Shown here: positions 1 to 8,265 of the stretch, one piece after another
How the letters are laid out: every line of letters starts with the position of its first letter
How positions within the stretch are numbered: position 1 is the first letter of the stretch
NCBI GenBank assembly: GCA_964450705.1
Contig: CAYVDB010000004.1
Location: 1-46,414, forward strand
Length of the DNA stretch: 46,414 nt
Source: an uncultured Candidatus Saccharibacteria bacterium
GTDB taxonomy: Bacteria; Patescibacteriota; Minisyncoccia; Phycocordibacterales; Zambryskibacteraceae
Reading direction: 5' to 3'
Position numbers and translations under genes: made by a program
The notes under the pieces: generated by a model
What the model was told of the DNA's origin: nothing
Seen by the model: the letters and a program-made list of their open reading frames with translations, nothing else
The model's database searches: none

Positions 1-617
1 TGAATTCTTAGCTTTAAATCGTTTAAGAATACTTTTTCGAGTCGCTCTCGTTCTCCTTGCTCCTTCGTTTCAGTGATACGGTTATAGTTTTCCAAAGAAA
101 ATTTGGAGTCTATCGGAATAATATAGTCTTTCACTCGCACAATTGCATCAACAATATTTCCATCTCGAAATGGATACTGCATTTCAAAACTTCCCGGTGG
201 TAGTACGTTCTTAAGTAACGTTTCCAAATAATACTCTCCAAGAATCCCGCGCTGCTTTGGATTTTTTAAAATATCTTGAAGAGACTGGAGCTGATCGGCA
301 AAAGAAACCACTTGCTTATTAGTCTCATCAAGTCGAGTAAGGCGTTCAGTAATATCACGAATTATCTTCACTGATTCTGTTGAAGAGTGCCTTAAGGCAT
401 CATTTAGTTGTTTAGAAGACTCAACCATTCGATCATCCACCACGCGAGTCAGATCATTCATATTCCTTACTAATTCATTGAACTGATTCTGGATTAAGAC
501 AAGCCCAGAACTTTCTTCTTCTACTCCCCCGCCACGTTTCATAAGACGCCACAAAATCACAGCGTTTAACGCGAGAATAACAAAAATTATAATCACAAAT
601 AGAGAGGATTCTGCCAC
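1..617 (-). CDS. rmuC: DNA recombination protein RmuC, N-terminal ~205 codons (the rest of the gene lies beyond the window start)
   Basis: Not in the supplied ORF track because it runs off the edge. My reverse-strand translation from GTG 617..615 gives VAESSLFVIIIFVILALNAVILWRLMKRGG..., which is a TM helix. It continues ...QLQSLQDILKNPKQRGILGEYYLETLLKNVLPPGSFEMQYPFRDGNIVDAIV...IPIDSKFSLENY, the conserved RmuC core. An in-frame stop at 678..680 leaves only GTG 617 or ATG 542 as possible starts. Confidence 0.75.
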   Translation of the reverse strand, partial: MAESSLFVIIIFVILALNAVILWRLMKRGGGVEEESSGLVLIQNQFNELVRNMNDLTRVVDDRMVESSKQLNDALRHSSTESVKIIRDITERLTRLDETNKQVVSFADQLQSLQDILKNPKQRGILGEYYLETLLKNVLPPGSFEMQYPFRDGNIVDAIVRVKDYIIPIDSKFSLENYNRITETKEQGERERLEKVFLNDLKLRI

Positions 618-674
618 AGTGAAACTATTATAACACCCCTTGAGAAGAAGCTCGAAACGGCTATACTGAAAGGT

Positions 675-1127
675 ATGTTACATGAAAAAATAAAAGAACA
701 AGTGAAGGAAGCAATGCTTTCCAAAGATTCGGTTCGATTAAATACAGTTCGAGGACTCCTTGCGGCATTCACCAATGAGCTTGTGGCTCAAAAAAGGAAA
801 CCAACGGAGCTATTGTCTGATGAAGAAGTTTTAAAAGTCATCGGGCGAAACGTAAAACAAAGAAAAGACTCTATCGAACAATTCACTGCCGGAGGGAGAG
901 CAGACTTGGTTGAAAGCGAGCAAGCTGAACTTAAGATCCTGGAAACATACTTACCTGAACAAATGAGTGAAGAAGAAATTACTGCGTTTGTAAAAAGTAA
1001 AATCGAAGAAAACCCAAATATTGATAAAACAAAGCTCGGCATGTTTACAGGAGGAATTATGAAAGAACTAAAAGGTCGCGCCGATGGGGCTCTGGTAAAA
1101 AAGATTATAGACTCTCTTCTAGTCTAA
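675..1127 (+). CDS. yqeY: GatB/YqeY domain-containing protein
   Basis: 150 aa. The sequence MLHEKIKEQVKEAMLSKDSVRLNTVRGLLAAF...EAELKILETYLPEQMSEEEI is the typical YqeY layout. Confidence 0.8.
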   Translation: MLHEKIKEQVKEAMLSKDSVRLNTVRGLLAAFTNELVAQKRKPTELLSDEEVLKVIGRNVKQRKDSIEQFTAGGRADLVESEQAELKILETYLPEQMSEEEITAFVKSKIEENPNIDKTKLGMFTGGIMKELKGRADGALVKKIIDSLLV

Positions 1128-1179
1128 ATACCGTTTACACAAAAAGCCCTTAAGTGGGTTTTTTGTTGTCCACAGACAT

Positions 1180-1208
1180 TTGACTTTTCTATTAAAATAT
1201 GATAAGAT
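1180..1208 (+). promoter_or_regulatory. sigma70-like promoter: TTGACT, 17 nt spacer, TAAGAT
   Basis: TTGACT at 1180-1185 and TAAGAT at 1203-1208. It lies upstream of SD AAGGAGG (1243-1249) and the GTG at 1254. Confidence 0.5.
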
Positions 1209-1253
1209 GTAGGCCAGAACGTAGGCTCATTTCCAATCCTTCAAGGAGGCAAT

Positions 1254-1829
1254 GTGGATCTGAATCCCCGAGAAGCCTCACTGAAAGCAGACTTCTCCGC
1301 AAAACTTGCACGCATACGAGAGGCTCGACCTGGCGGAAAAAGCCACCAGGACGACTTCCTGCTTGTGGCACGGGATCTTTTCCCTATCTACGGAGAGTCT
1401 GACGAAGAGCTCCGAGACTTCATGTCTCGAGCAGGACGTATCTTGTCAAAAGGGAAAAAGAGGAAGAAGACTCATTTCCCTAGCGACGAAGAGGTGGAGA
1501 CCATGGCGCAATACGCTTCAGGCCTATATCTCGATGGGGTAAGCTTTGATGATGCTCTCATCAGAGGACTCGAAGAGAGTGGCTTCCGATACGTAAAAGG
1601 AGCCATGGGCAGTGTGGCGCGAAAAATGCGCGCAATTCTTGGTCCATCAAGCAATAAGGCTTCATTGGACACAGGGCAACCGAAAGGTTGCCGCGTTTTT
1701 TTATTTATACAAATCCTTCTTTGCGAGTTTCGTACTTGCGAAGGATTTCCTGCTCAATATCAACTCGATCTCGGCCATAGGTATCGTATGAACGAAGTTT
1801 TATATCTTCGGCATGAATATCATTCTTAG
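1254..1829 (+). CDS. Hypothetical protein in a GC-rich cassette; the 3' end is uncertain because the ORF runs through a terminator hairpin
   Basis: There is a strong SD and a GTG start. The translation looks protein-like as far as ...ARKMRAILGPSSNKASLDTGQPKG. There is no in-frame stop before the hairpin at 1675-1702. The final ~125 nt overlap the convergent ATPase gene. Confidence 0.45.
   Translation: MDLNPREASLKADFSAKLARIREARPGGKSHQDDFLLVARDLFPIYGESDEELRDFMSRAGRILSKGKKRKKTHFPSDEEVETMAQYASGLYLDGVSFDDALIRGLEESGFRYVKGAMGSVARKMRAILGPSSNKASLDTGQPKGCRVFLFIQILLCEFRTCEGFPAQYQLDLGHRYRMNEVLYLRHEYHS
1675..1702 (+). terminator. Rho-independent terminator
   Basis: GGCAACC-GAAA-GGTTGCC (7 bp stem, GNRA loop), then GCG and a run of seven T. 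Confidence 0.7.
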
Positions 1830-4458
1830 CTCCTGGCGGAAGTGTTTCTATATCAAACGGCTTTACTGGTTTGCCATGAACAAGCATCTTTAAGTACGCA
1901 TGCCGGTTCGGAATATTTATTATTTCGCTTGCTGAAAATACTGGCTCAAACTGTTTCGCAAGATACTCCGCATCATCTGTCCCCACGCGAAAACATGCTA
2001 GTGTGCCCACGTTACCAAAGACAGCATTCTTTATATCTTCAGAAAGTTGCCCTATAAACTGATGCGCAATTGAAAGAGAAAGCTTATATTTTCTAGCTTC
2101 TGAAAGAATGGTTGCGATTGATGGAGTGGTAATATTCTGGAACTCATCAATATATAGATAAAACGGTGGGAGATCTTTGCCGAAAGAATCTACTCGAGAA
2201 AGCGCGGCCATAAGAATCTTACCCACAAGAATAAGTCCGATAAGGTTAGCATTTATATCCCCAAGACGGCCTTTAGCGAGATTCACTAAAAGTATCTTTC
2301 GGTTATCCATAATGTCCCGGAAGTTGAAGGAGGATTTTTCCTGAGCAATGATAGGTCGCATAATATCGTTTGCCAAAAATACATCAAACTTTGAAGTGAT
2401 GTACGGAACGATATTTGCTAAAGAAGCTTCTCCGCCGGCTTTCTCTGCAATTTCTCTCCAAAATTGGCTCACAATAGGATTCTTGCATCGAGATAATTTC
2501 ATTAAACGAAATTCTTTATTAGAAAGCACTCGAGAGACGTCAAGAAGCGTCGAGCCAGTATCTGGGTCTTCTATCACAAGCATGGTTGCATTTCGGAAAT
2601 ATTGTTCAAACATTGGCCCCATAGATTCTGGCACAGCACCATAAAGTTTCTGGAAGATATTAAAAAGCTCATTGACCACAAATGTTTTCTGCTCAGGGAG
2701 ATTTTTATCATACTCGAGCATATTTAGCGCCATCGGGCGCTCTACATAGCTCGGGTCAAAATAGATAACATCCTTTACCCTGTCTTTCGGGACCCGAGAA
2801 AGCACATCCACAATATCTGAGCCATGCGGGTCAATCATACATACCCCATTTCCTCTTTCGATATCTTGAATGATCATATTCTTGAGAAGGGTTGATTTCC
2901 CAGTACCCGTTTGCCCGATAGTGTAGAAGTGCCTCAATCGATCTTCATCAGACATAAATACTTCGGTCTTAGCACCTCGATGAGAGTTAAGCCCGAGGAG
3001 TACGCCTTCTTTAGGTAAATCAATTGGAGCTGGGGCTCCGCCTGAAGCAAGAGTCTTTAACTGTGAGACACCTTTTAAAGCAAGAGTATGAAAGTGAATT
3101 AGAGAAGTAAGTTCTGAAAGGTTGAGGGGAATCAGTTCGCTTCTATCAAGAGCTCTAAAGGCAAAGTTTCTGAAGAGTTTTCGGAGCGCACCACCTTTCA
3201 ATCGCTCAAAGCGCAAAGAGTTCCCTTGCGGATTATCAAATTGATTAAATCCTGATTCAATTTCAGACAAAACACTTTCAGATCGATTTTTATCTGGAGT
3301 AGAAACAACAAGTCTTAGGGCTACAGATACAATAGGTTTCCCTATTTTCTGACGAATCTTTTCAATCGGTACCTGGTCGATCGGCTTTCGCTCCTCTTTC
3401 TCGTCTTTCTTTTTGGAAAAGAGTATCCCTCGTAAAGTCTTACTAATCTCTCCAGAAAAAGTAGTTGGGAGATCAATTGCCTCACGGAGAGGCACCCCTT
3501 TTTCTATCTGCGAAAGAGCATACTCAAACCGTTTTGAGTGAGAGTCTCCTGCGGGAGTCATGAGCACTTGAATACACGCCCCTTCTCCATCCTTAGCAAT
3601 CTTAGAAAAACTATTGAGAATCACATTGAGCGGATCGTGATCAAATGCTTCATATGTTTTTATAGGAAAAATGGAATTACCTCGTGAACGCACTACGCTT
3701 CCGAGAGAAACCCCGTGCTCATGAAAAATATTATGATCATCAGCGACCTCTCTGATTTCTGCATCGTGGAAAATCGATAGAATTTGTTTTTCAAAGAGAT
3801 CGCTTTTTGTATTTGGTACTGATACATAAAATACAAATTCTGCGCTTCCATTACTATTCGCAATTTCAAGTACAATATGATTCTCCATTGGGTCATTCTC
3901 TGAAGATACAGATAACATCCCAGAATAAAACTGCTCCATCCCAGAAACAATTTCCTTAAGTGGCCGTTCTGCTTCTCCTTTTTTCTCTGGAAGTACCACT
4001 TCGTAAAGTACCATATGAAGCGCCTTGGAAAGAGGAGCCTTTGGAGGAAGCCCCTTCACGCCAAGACCCTTCTTCACATACTGAACAAGAAAACGATGAA
4101 AATCATCCTCTACGTGCGTATCACCGAGATTTTCAATAACAGAAAGTGTATTTTTTATGCCTTTTGTATTTAAGAGAATAAGTAGCTCTTCTATTTTCTT
4201 ATCATGAGTTTCGGGAGAAAGATTCTCTACAAGAGAGTGTATTGTATCCGTTTTTAACGAAAGATTGCTGTCGAGCACATGTTCGGAAGGGAGTTCTCTG
4301 TATGTAGAGAGGCTCTCACGAATCAGATCATCGTGAGATATCTCCGCTCCACGCTCTTGAAGATTTGTTCCTTTTTCAGCAACTCGTTCCTGAAAAAATT
4401 TTTTCTCTTCTTCAGTGGTTTTAAATTTATTTTCGGGAATAAACGAACGTAGTTCCAT
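1705..4458 (-). CDS. TraD/VirD4/HerA-like P-loop ATPase (type IV secretion DNA-binding-domain family) with a large uncharacterised N-terminal half
   Basis: 917 aa. Walker A is GQTGTGKSTLLKNM and Walker B is FYLYIDEFQNI, followed by ARKYKLSLSIAHQFIGQL. The first ~480 aa have no motif I recognise, and there is no N-terminal TM segment. Confidence 0.7.
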   Translation of the reverse strand: MELRSFIPENKFKTTEEEKKFFQERVAEKGTNLQERGAEISHDDLIRESLSTYRELPSEHVLDSNLSLKTDTIHSLVENLSPETHDKKIEELLILLNTKGIKNTLSVIENLGDTHVEDDFHRFLVQYVKKGLGVKGLPPKAPLSKALHMVLYEVVLPEKKGEAERPLKEIVSGMEQFYSGMLSVSSENDPMENHIVLEIANSNGSAEFVFYVSVPNTKSDLFEKQILSIFHDAEIREVADDHNIFHEHGVSLGSVVRSRGNSIFPIKTYEAFDHDPLNVILNSFSKIAKDGEGACIQVLMTPAGDSHSKRFEYALSQIEKGVPLREAIDLPTTFSGEISKTLRGILFSKKKDEKEERKPIDQVPIEKIRQKIGKPIVSVALRLVVSTPDKNRSESVLSEIESGFNQFDNPQGNSLRFERLKGGALRKLFRNFAFRALDRSELIPLNLSELTSLIHFHTLALKGVSQLKTLASGGAPAPIDLPKEGVLLGLNSHRGAKTEVFMSDEDRLRHFYTIGQTGTGKSTLLKNMIIQDIERGNGVCMIDPHGSDIVDVLSRVPKDRVKDVIYFDPSYVERPMALNMLEYDKNLPEQKTFVVNELFNIFQKLYGAVPESMGPMFEQYFRNATMLVIEDPDTGSTLLDVSRVLSNKEFRLMKLSRCKNPIVSQFWREIAEKAGGEASLANIVPYITSKFDVFLANDIMRPIIAQEKSSFNFRDIMDNRKILLVNLAKGRLGDINANLIGLILVGKILMAALSRVDSFGKDLPPFYLYIDEFQNITTPSIATILSEARKYKLSLSIAHQFIGQLSEDIKNAVFGNVGTLACFRVGTDDAEYLAKQFEPVFSASEIINIPNRHAYLKMLVHGKPVKPFDIETLPPGAKNDIHAEDIKLRSYDTYGRDRVDIEQEILRKYETRKEGFV

Positions 4459-4592
4459 ATACTATTTAATACAGTATACCATCTAAAATAAAACCCAGAC
4501 CTAAAACACGATTCCTTCAATAGGCCAACCTAGAAAGATTAAGCCGCGAAGAATGCCCGTAGACTTAAACTATTGCCACGGTTCAAAAATAC

Positions 4593-4620
4593 TTGCTTTT
4601 TCTAGTAAATATGTTATAAT
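4593..4620 (+). promoter_or_regulatory. sigma70-like promoter: TTGCTT, 16 nt spacer, TATAAT
   Basis: TTGCTT at 4593-4598 and TATAAT at 4615-4620. The predicted transcription start falls downstream of the ATG at 4623, which favours the ATG at 4653 as the start. Confidence 0.55.
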
Positions 4621-4652
4621 GTATGAAGACAACCTTCATAGGAGATCTTTAT

Positions 4653-5063
4653 ATGGGAACAGAAAAGAAGCCGAGCAAGAGTCTCGGATACGTGATCCTC
4701 ATCGGCGTCTTGCTTCTGCTTGCCTTGAGCCTTGCAGGGTGCGACAGGTTCGAGGAGAGAGACTTCAGGGTCGTGGTAAACAACATCAATAGCCCTGACC
4801 CAGTAACAGCATACGCTGCCGGGCAGGAGCTTGGCTCTGTTGTTCTGGGAGTCCCTCAGAGCTTCACCATATCCCTTCCAGTGCCAAACACTGTGGGGAC
4901 TGGGCCGGAAGAGACTCGGCAGTGCTTCCCTGTTTCGGGAAGCGTTCTCAAGAAGAACCTCTCTTCACGTAGCAACCCTGTTTGTTCGCGCGAGAACCAG
5001 ATCGTTACGGTCGATTTCGAAATCGACCGTGGAGTTCTGGATATCAGAACGCGAGTGCAGTAA
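4653..5063 (+). CDS. Putative lipoprotein (GC-rich cassette)
   Basis: SD AGGAG at 4640-4644. The N-terminus MGTEKKPSKSLGYVILIGVLLLLALSLAGC carries a signal peptide and an L-A-G-C lipobox. Confidence 0.7.
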   Translation: MGTEKKPSKSLGYVILIGVLLLLALSLAGCDRFEERDFRVVVNNINSPDPVTAYAAGQELGSVVLGVPQSFTISLPVPNTVGTGPEETRQCFPVSGSVLKKNLSSRSNPVCSRENQIVTVDFEIDRGVLDIRTRVQ

Positions 5064-5091
5064 CACCACCCTTCGGGGTGGTGTATTTTTT
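5063..5091. terminator. Hairpin terminator between convergent genes
   Basis: ACACCACCC-TTCG-GGGTGGTGT followed by a T run. It sits between the lipoprotein stop and the ogt stop. Confidence 0.75.
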
Positions 5092-5353
5092 ATAAAGAAA
5101 CACCCTCTTTTATTAGTAACTCCCTTTTACTTGGCCCGTTTATTTGATTATATTCTCCAATCTTTCCATCTGAACGAATTACTCTGTGACACGGAACCCT
5201 AGGATCTGTATTTTTTGAAAGTGCGGTTCCGACTGCACGAAATGCACTCGGTTTCCCTATCGCCCAGGCAACTTCTTTGTAAGTGCGGGTCTCTCCTTTT
5301 GGTATCTTTTTAACTATCGAGTAGACTTTCTCAGCAAATGTTTCTTTTTTCAT
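5090..5353 (-). CDS. ogt: Methylated-DNA--protein-cysteine methyltransferase (MGMT/Ogt), DNA-binding/active-site domain only
   Basis: The sequence is ...TYKEVAWAIGKPSAFRAVGTALSKNTDPRVPCHRVIRSDGKIGEY, containing the PCHRV active-site motif. I chose the start at the internal MKKETF. Confidence 0.85.
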   Translation of the reverse strand: MKKETFAEKVYSIVKKIPKGETRTYKEVAWAIGKPSAFRAVGTALSKNTDPRVPCHRVIRSDGKIGEYNQINGPSKRELLIKEGVSL

Positions 5354-5428
5354 AATTAAATACAAGTATATCAAAACCCTCAAAGGACAAGCCTAAGAGG
5401 GTTTTGATATCTAATTACTATGAAGAGA

Positions 5429-6157
5429 TTACTTCACTCGAACTACTACGCCAGTTGTAGCGTCGATATCTACCCGTCGATCGCCGTCAAAGCGTACTGC
5501 CCACACAACTTTTCCTTCTTCCATATCAAGCTGTATCTTGATTACAACCTTTCCGGGAAGAGCAATGAGCGCAAGTTCTTTTGCCTTCTCTGCACTTATT
5601 GTAGGAACGAAAGTCGATGGCACATCACTATCTCTTTCAAGAACTTTCTCTATCTTCTTTTCAGTCTTATCTTCTATTTTTTGGATGCGAACCTCGCCGT
5701 TATTTGACCAGTTGCGAACAACGGTTGCATCCACTGTGAGAGTCTTGTCAGGATCAATTTGGCCTCGTGCGCCAACATAGTCTCCTACCTTCCATCCTGT
5801 AAGTGATCTGTTATTACCCGCAATTTCCGTATCTTGATAAATGTTTACTGTCCATGATCCGCCCCAGCTTTTTACCATGATCTTACCAGTAGTAGACCCG
5901 GTTGTGGTAGAGATTGATTCAATCTTTCCGCGAATCAAAGCCTTTCCTTTTGGCCCAACCTCAAGAATAATAGGCTGGTACTCTCCTCTACGAACCATTT
6001 CCCCTTCAATCTTTTCAATCCTTTTCTTTGCGGTCTCCTCTATCTTTTGAATAAAGTTCTTATTCTTGTTTTCACTTCCTGTTTCAGCAAATGCAGCAGT
6101 TGAAGTAAGTGCAAATGCCACAACAAGAAAGAAAGCACTAATCTTTTTCAAATTCAT
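5429..6157 (-). CDS. Secreted PepSY domain-containing protein
   Basis: Signal peptide MNLKKISAFFLVVAFALTSTAAFA. The C-terminal region ISAEKAKELALIALPGKVVIKIQLDMEEGKVVWAVRF...DATTG resembles a PepSY domain. Confidence 0.65.
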   Translation of the reverse strand: MNLKKISAFFLVVAFALTSTAAFAETGSENKNKNFIQKIEETAKKRIEKIEGEMVRRGEYQPIILEVGPKGKALIRGKIESISTTTGSTTGKIMVKSWGGSWTVNIYQDTEIAGNNRSLTGWKVGDYVGARGQIDPDKTLTVDATVVRNWSNNGEVRIQKIEDKTEKKIEKVLERDSDVPSTFVPTISAEKAKELALIALPGKVVIKIQLDMEEGKVVWAVRFDGDRRVDIDATTGVVVRVK

Positions 6158-6240
6158 ACGTTTTTATAAGTTAATAACCAGATCAATTATACACTGATCT
6201 GTCGCTTATTGGAGACGTACCATAAGAACTCTTCTTACAT

Positions 6241-6266
6241 AAAAAAAGACCCTCTCAAGGAGGGTC
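6241..6266 (-). terminator. Rho-independent terminator
   Basis: On the minus strand: GACCCTC-CTTGA-GAGGGTC followed by seven T, immediately after the stop at 6267. Confidence 0.75.
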
Positions 6267-6590
6267 CTAACGGCGGGCAAGAGATTTCTTGATCTTCTCC
6301 GCTTTCTTCCGAACACAATCAATCCTCTTACGCTTGTCCTCATCAAACGGAACGAGACGTGGAGGATTATCCCCCAAAGACGACCAGAGATTGAAGCTAA
6401 GCCCAGCCGTACGAGATTGAACAAAGAAGTCCTTCTCTCGTTCGGTACACTGCCACACAAAAAAGGGCTCCTTCCTTCTATATCCCCTGATTTCTCGGGG
6501 AGACTCCTCGGCATCAAGTTCGCGAGAAAACACCCCATTCGTGTGAGCATTGAGTGGCTCAAGAAACCACAGCCTTTTGCCATGTCCCAT
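6267..6590 (-). CDS. Hypothetical protein (GC-rich cassette)
   Basis: This 107-aa ORF ends exactly at a strong terminator. The competing 6206..6667 frame reads through that terminator. Confidence 0.5.
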   Translation of the reverse strand: MGHGKRLWFLEPLNAHTNGVFSRELDAEESPREIRGYRRKEPFFVWQCTEREKDFFVQSRTAGLSFNLWSSLGDNPPRLVPFDEDKRKRIDCVRKKAEKIKKSLARR

Positions 6591-6672
6591 GTGTTCCCCC
6601 TTGAAAATATGAACTCTCTTTGTTTTTTATAATACAAAGAAGTATTGTTGTCAAAAACAAAAACCAAGCCCC

Positions 6673-7134
6673 CTAAAATTGAGCGATTACTAACTTTCTC
6701 ATACCCATCATCTTCTTAAATGCGCCAGGCTTTTTGATAAGCCCTTCCCAGTCTTCTGGCACAACCTGCCAACTCAAACCGTATTTATCTTTCAGCCACC
6801 CACATACGCTTTCTTGTCCGCCATTTGTGGTTAAAGCATTCCAATAGTAATCAATCTCTTCTTGATCTTTACAGCTAATCGAAAATGAAACAGCTTCATT
6901 AAACTTAAATTCTGGCCCCGCATTAATAGCAATAAAGTGCATTCCGAGTATTTCAAACTCGATCGTCAAAACTTCTCCCGCCAAGTGCTTCTGAAAATCC
7001 GCAAGTCCCTCAGCCTCACTTTTTGGGTAATACATCGTTGAAATAATCTTTCCATCTGGAAAAACACTCAGATAAAAATCTACTGCCTCTTTTGCATTAC
7101 GATCAAACCACAAATTGGGAATTACTTTTTGCAT
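6673..7134 (-). CDS. VOC (glyoxalase/bleomycin-resistance fold) family protein, PhnB / 3-demethylubiquinone-9 3-methyltransferase-domain type
   Basis: MQKVIPNLWFDRNAKEAVDFYLSVFPDGKI...LTIEFEILGMHFIAINAGPEFKFNEAVSFSI.C.DQEEIDYYW..L...GGQESVCGWLKDKYGLSWQVVP is the characteristic pattern of this family. Confidence 0.75.
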   Translation of the reverse strand: MQKVIPNLWFDRNAKEAVDFYLSVFPDGKIISTMYYPKSEAEGLADFQKHLAGEVLTIEFEILGMHFIAINAGPEFKFNEAVSFSISCKDQEEIDYYWNALTTNGGQESVCGWLKDKYGLSWQVVPEDWEGLIKKPGAFKKMMGMRKLVIAQF

Positions 7135-7166
7135 ATTATCTATTCTATTATAGATAAATCAGGCCA

Positions 7167-7195
7167 TTGACAACAATCTATATAAAACTTACATT
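7167..7195 (+). promoter_or_regulatory. sigma70-like promoter: TTGACA, 17 nt spacer, TACATT
   Basis: TTGACA at 7167-7172 and TACATT at 7190-7195, about 60 nt upstream of the small peptide gene. Confidence 0.5.
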
Positions 7196-7258
7196 TTAAA
7201 TGGTTGCAAAGATGTTCTTTGCTAAACCAAACACAATCCTCAAAACAGGAGGCTCGCC

Positions 7259-7387
7259 ATGAAGAACCCGAAAAAGTTCTCTTGGAAAGCCACCTCAAAG
7301 GAAAAGCCTATTTCTGGCACGATCGTGTGTCAGGAACAGTGCAGCTCCGGCGGTGGTGGCAACGGCAAGTGCGGCACCGGTAAGTAA
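7259..7387 (+). CDS. Candidate RiPP (TOMM / linear azole-containing peptide) precursor, 42 aa: MKNPKKFSWKATSKEKPISGTIVCQEQCSSGGGGNGKCGTGK
   Basis: Too short for the ORF track; I translated it by hand. SD AGGAGG lies at 7247-7252, 6 nt before the ATG. The gene has its own promoter and a 12-bp-stem terminator. The leader is Lys-rich and the C-terminal core is rich in Cys, Ser, Thr and Gly. It lies next to a YcaO/SagB enzyme gene. Confidence 0.65.
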   Translation: MKNPKKFSWKATSKEKPISGTIVCQEQCSSGGGGNGKCGTGK

Positions 7388-7406
7388 CCGAGATCGCCTA
7401 GCCCTC

Positions 7407-7440
7407 ATGAGTACAACACTTCCAAAGTTGTTGTACTCAT
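7407..7440. terminator. Bidirectional hairpin terminator between convergent genes
   Basis: Perfect 12-bp stem: ATGAGTACAACA (7407-7418) pairs with TGTTGTACTCAT (7429-7440), with a 10-nt loop and T-rich sequence downstream. Confidence 0.75.
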
Positions 7441-7442
7441 TT

Positions 7443-8252
7443 CTATTTTAATGCCTCCGTGAACCTATTAGATCCAATCTTCATCAACTCATCCCAGGAT
7501 AAATTCTTATTGTTATCCCTAAACTCTTTCACCAGCCAGTATCCAGCGGAATATCCTGTCCACTTTTGATACATTTCATTACCGAATAGAAATTCTTTTA
7601 TAAGATTCCTATCTTTAGATTGCAAAATATCTTTTGACTCCTTTAGGAGCTTAAGTGCTTCAGTTTTAGTGAGGGATCCAGCCCACTTACTTACTTTAGT
7701 ATCAAAATACTGTTCCCTGAAATTCTCTGCGAGGCCCTCCAATAATATCTCATCCAGGAGCGTATAATTATTGAAATTATCGTAGTGATGATAATAGAAG
7801 ATAGTGTGATTTAATTCATGGGCCACAGTATTTTCAATAGATTTATTTGAATATTCATCTAGGTTTATAAATAAATGGAAAACACAGCTGTAAACCGCCA
7901 CAGCCATTACCCCTTCAAAAACTTTATCTTCTTCAGTGGTGAGATATGGATGAACAAAAATAAAATTCTTTGTAGGAACAGTTAATTTTTCATTACACTT
8001 CCGAATAGTCTCCAATATAATCTCCCCAATCTCTAATTTTTGACCTTCAGATATTTCTTTATATTTACCAGGGTCACCTTCTCCAATATGATCCAATAGA
8101 CCTTGTTTTAATAAATTAATATCAGCATAGCCAGAATAATCGACACTTCCTTTCTCTTTCATTAGAGAAATAATAGCGTCAACCATATCACTCCTATCTT
8201 TGAATTCCTCGCTTGGAAAATAAAATTCAATCTGCGATAAATCCTTATTCAT
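7443..8252 (-). CDS. Putative Zn-dependent peptidase (HExxH; DUF2268-like)
   Basis: 269 aa. It contains ...ENTVAHELNHTIFYYHHY... (HELNH) and has DUF2268-like length and layout. No signal peptide is present. Confidence 0.5.
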   Translation of the reverse strand: MNKDLSQIEFYFPSEEFKDRSDMVDAIISLMKEKGSVDYSGYADINLLKQGLLDHIGEGDPGKYKEISEGQKLEIGEIILETIRKCNEKLTVPTKNFIFVHPYLTTEEDKVFEGVMAVAVYSCVFHLFINLDEYSNKSIENTVAHELNHTIFYYHHYDNFNNYTLLDEILLEGLAENFREQYFDTKVSKWAGSLTKTEALKLLKESKDILQSKDRNLIKEFLFGNEMYQKWTGYSAGYWLVKEFRDNNKNLSWDELMKIGSNRFTEALK

Positions 8253-8265
8253 CAGATCATACTAG

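Noticed and set aside
593-1042. Minus-strand ORFs (60 and 84 aa) antisense to yqeY
   Set aside because: They overlap a well-supported CDS. rmuC uses a different frame and starts at 617.
6206-6667. 153-aa minus-strand ORF overlapping 6267..6590
   Set aside because: It reads through the GACCCTC/GAGGGTC terminator. The alternative frame ends exactly at that terminator and looks more protein-like.
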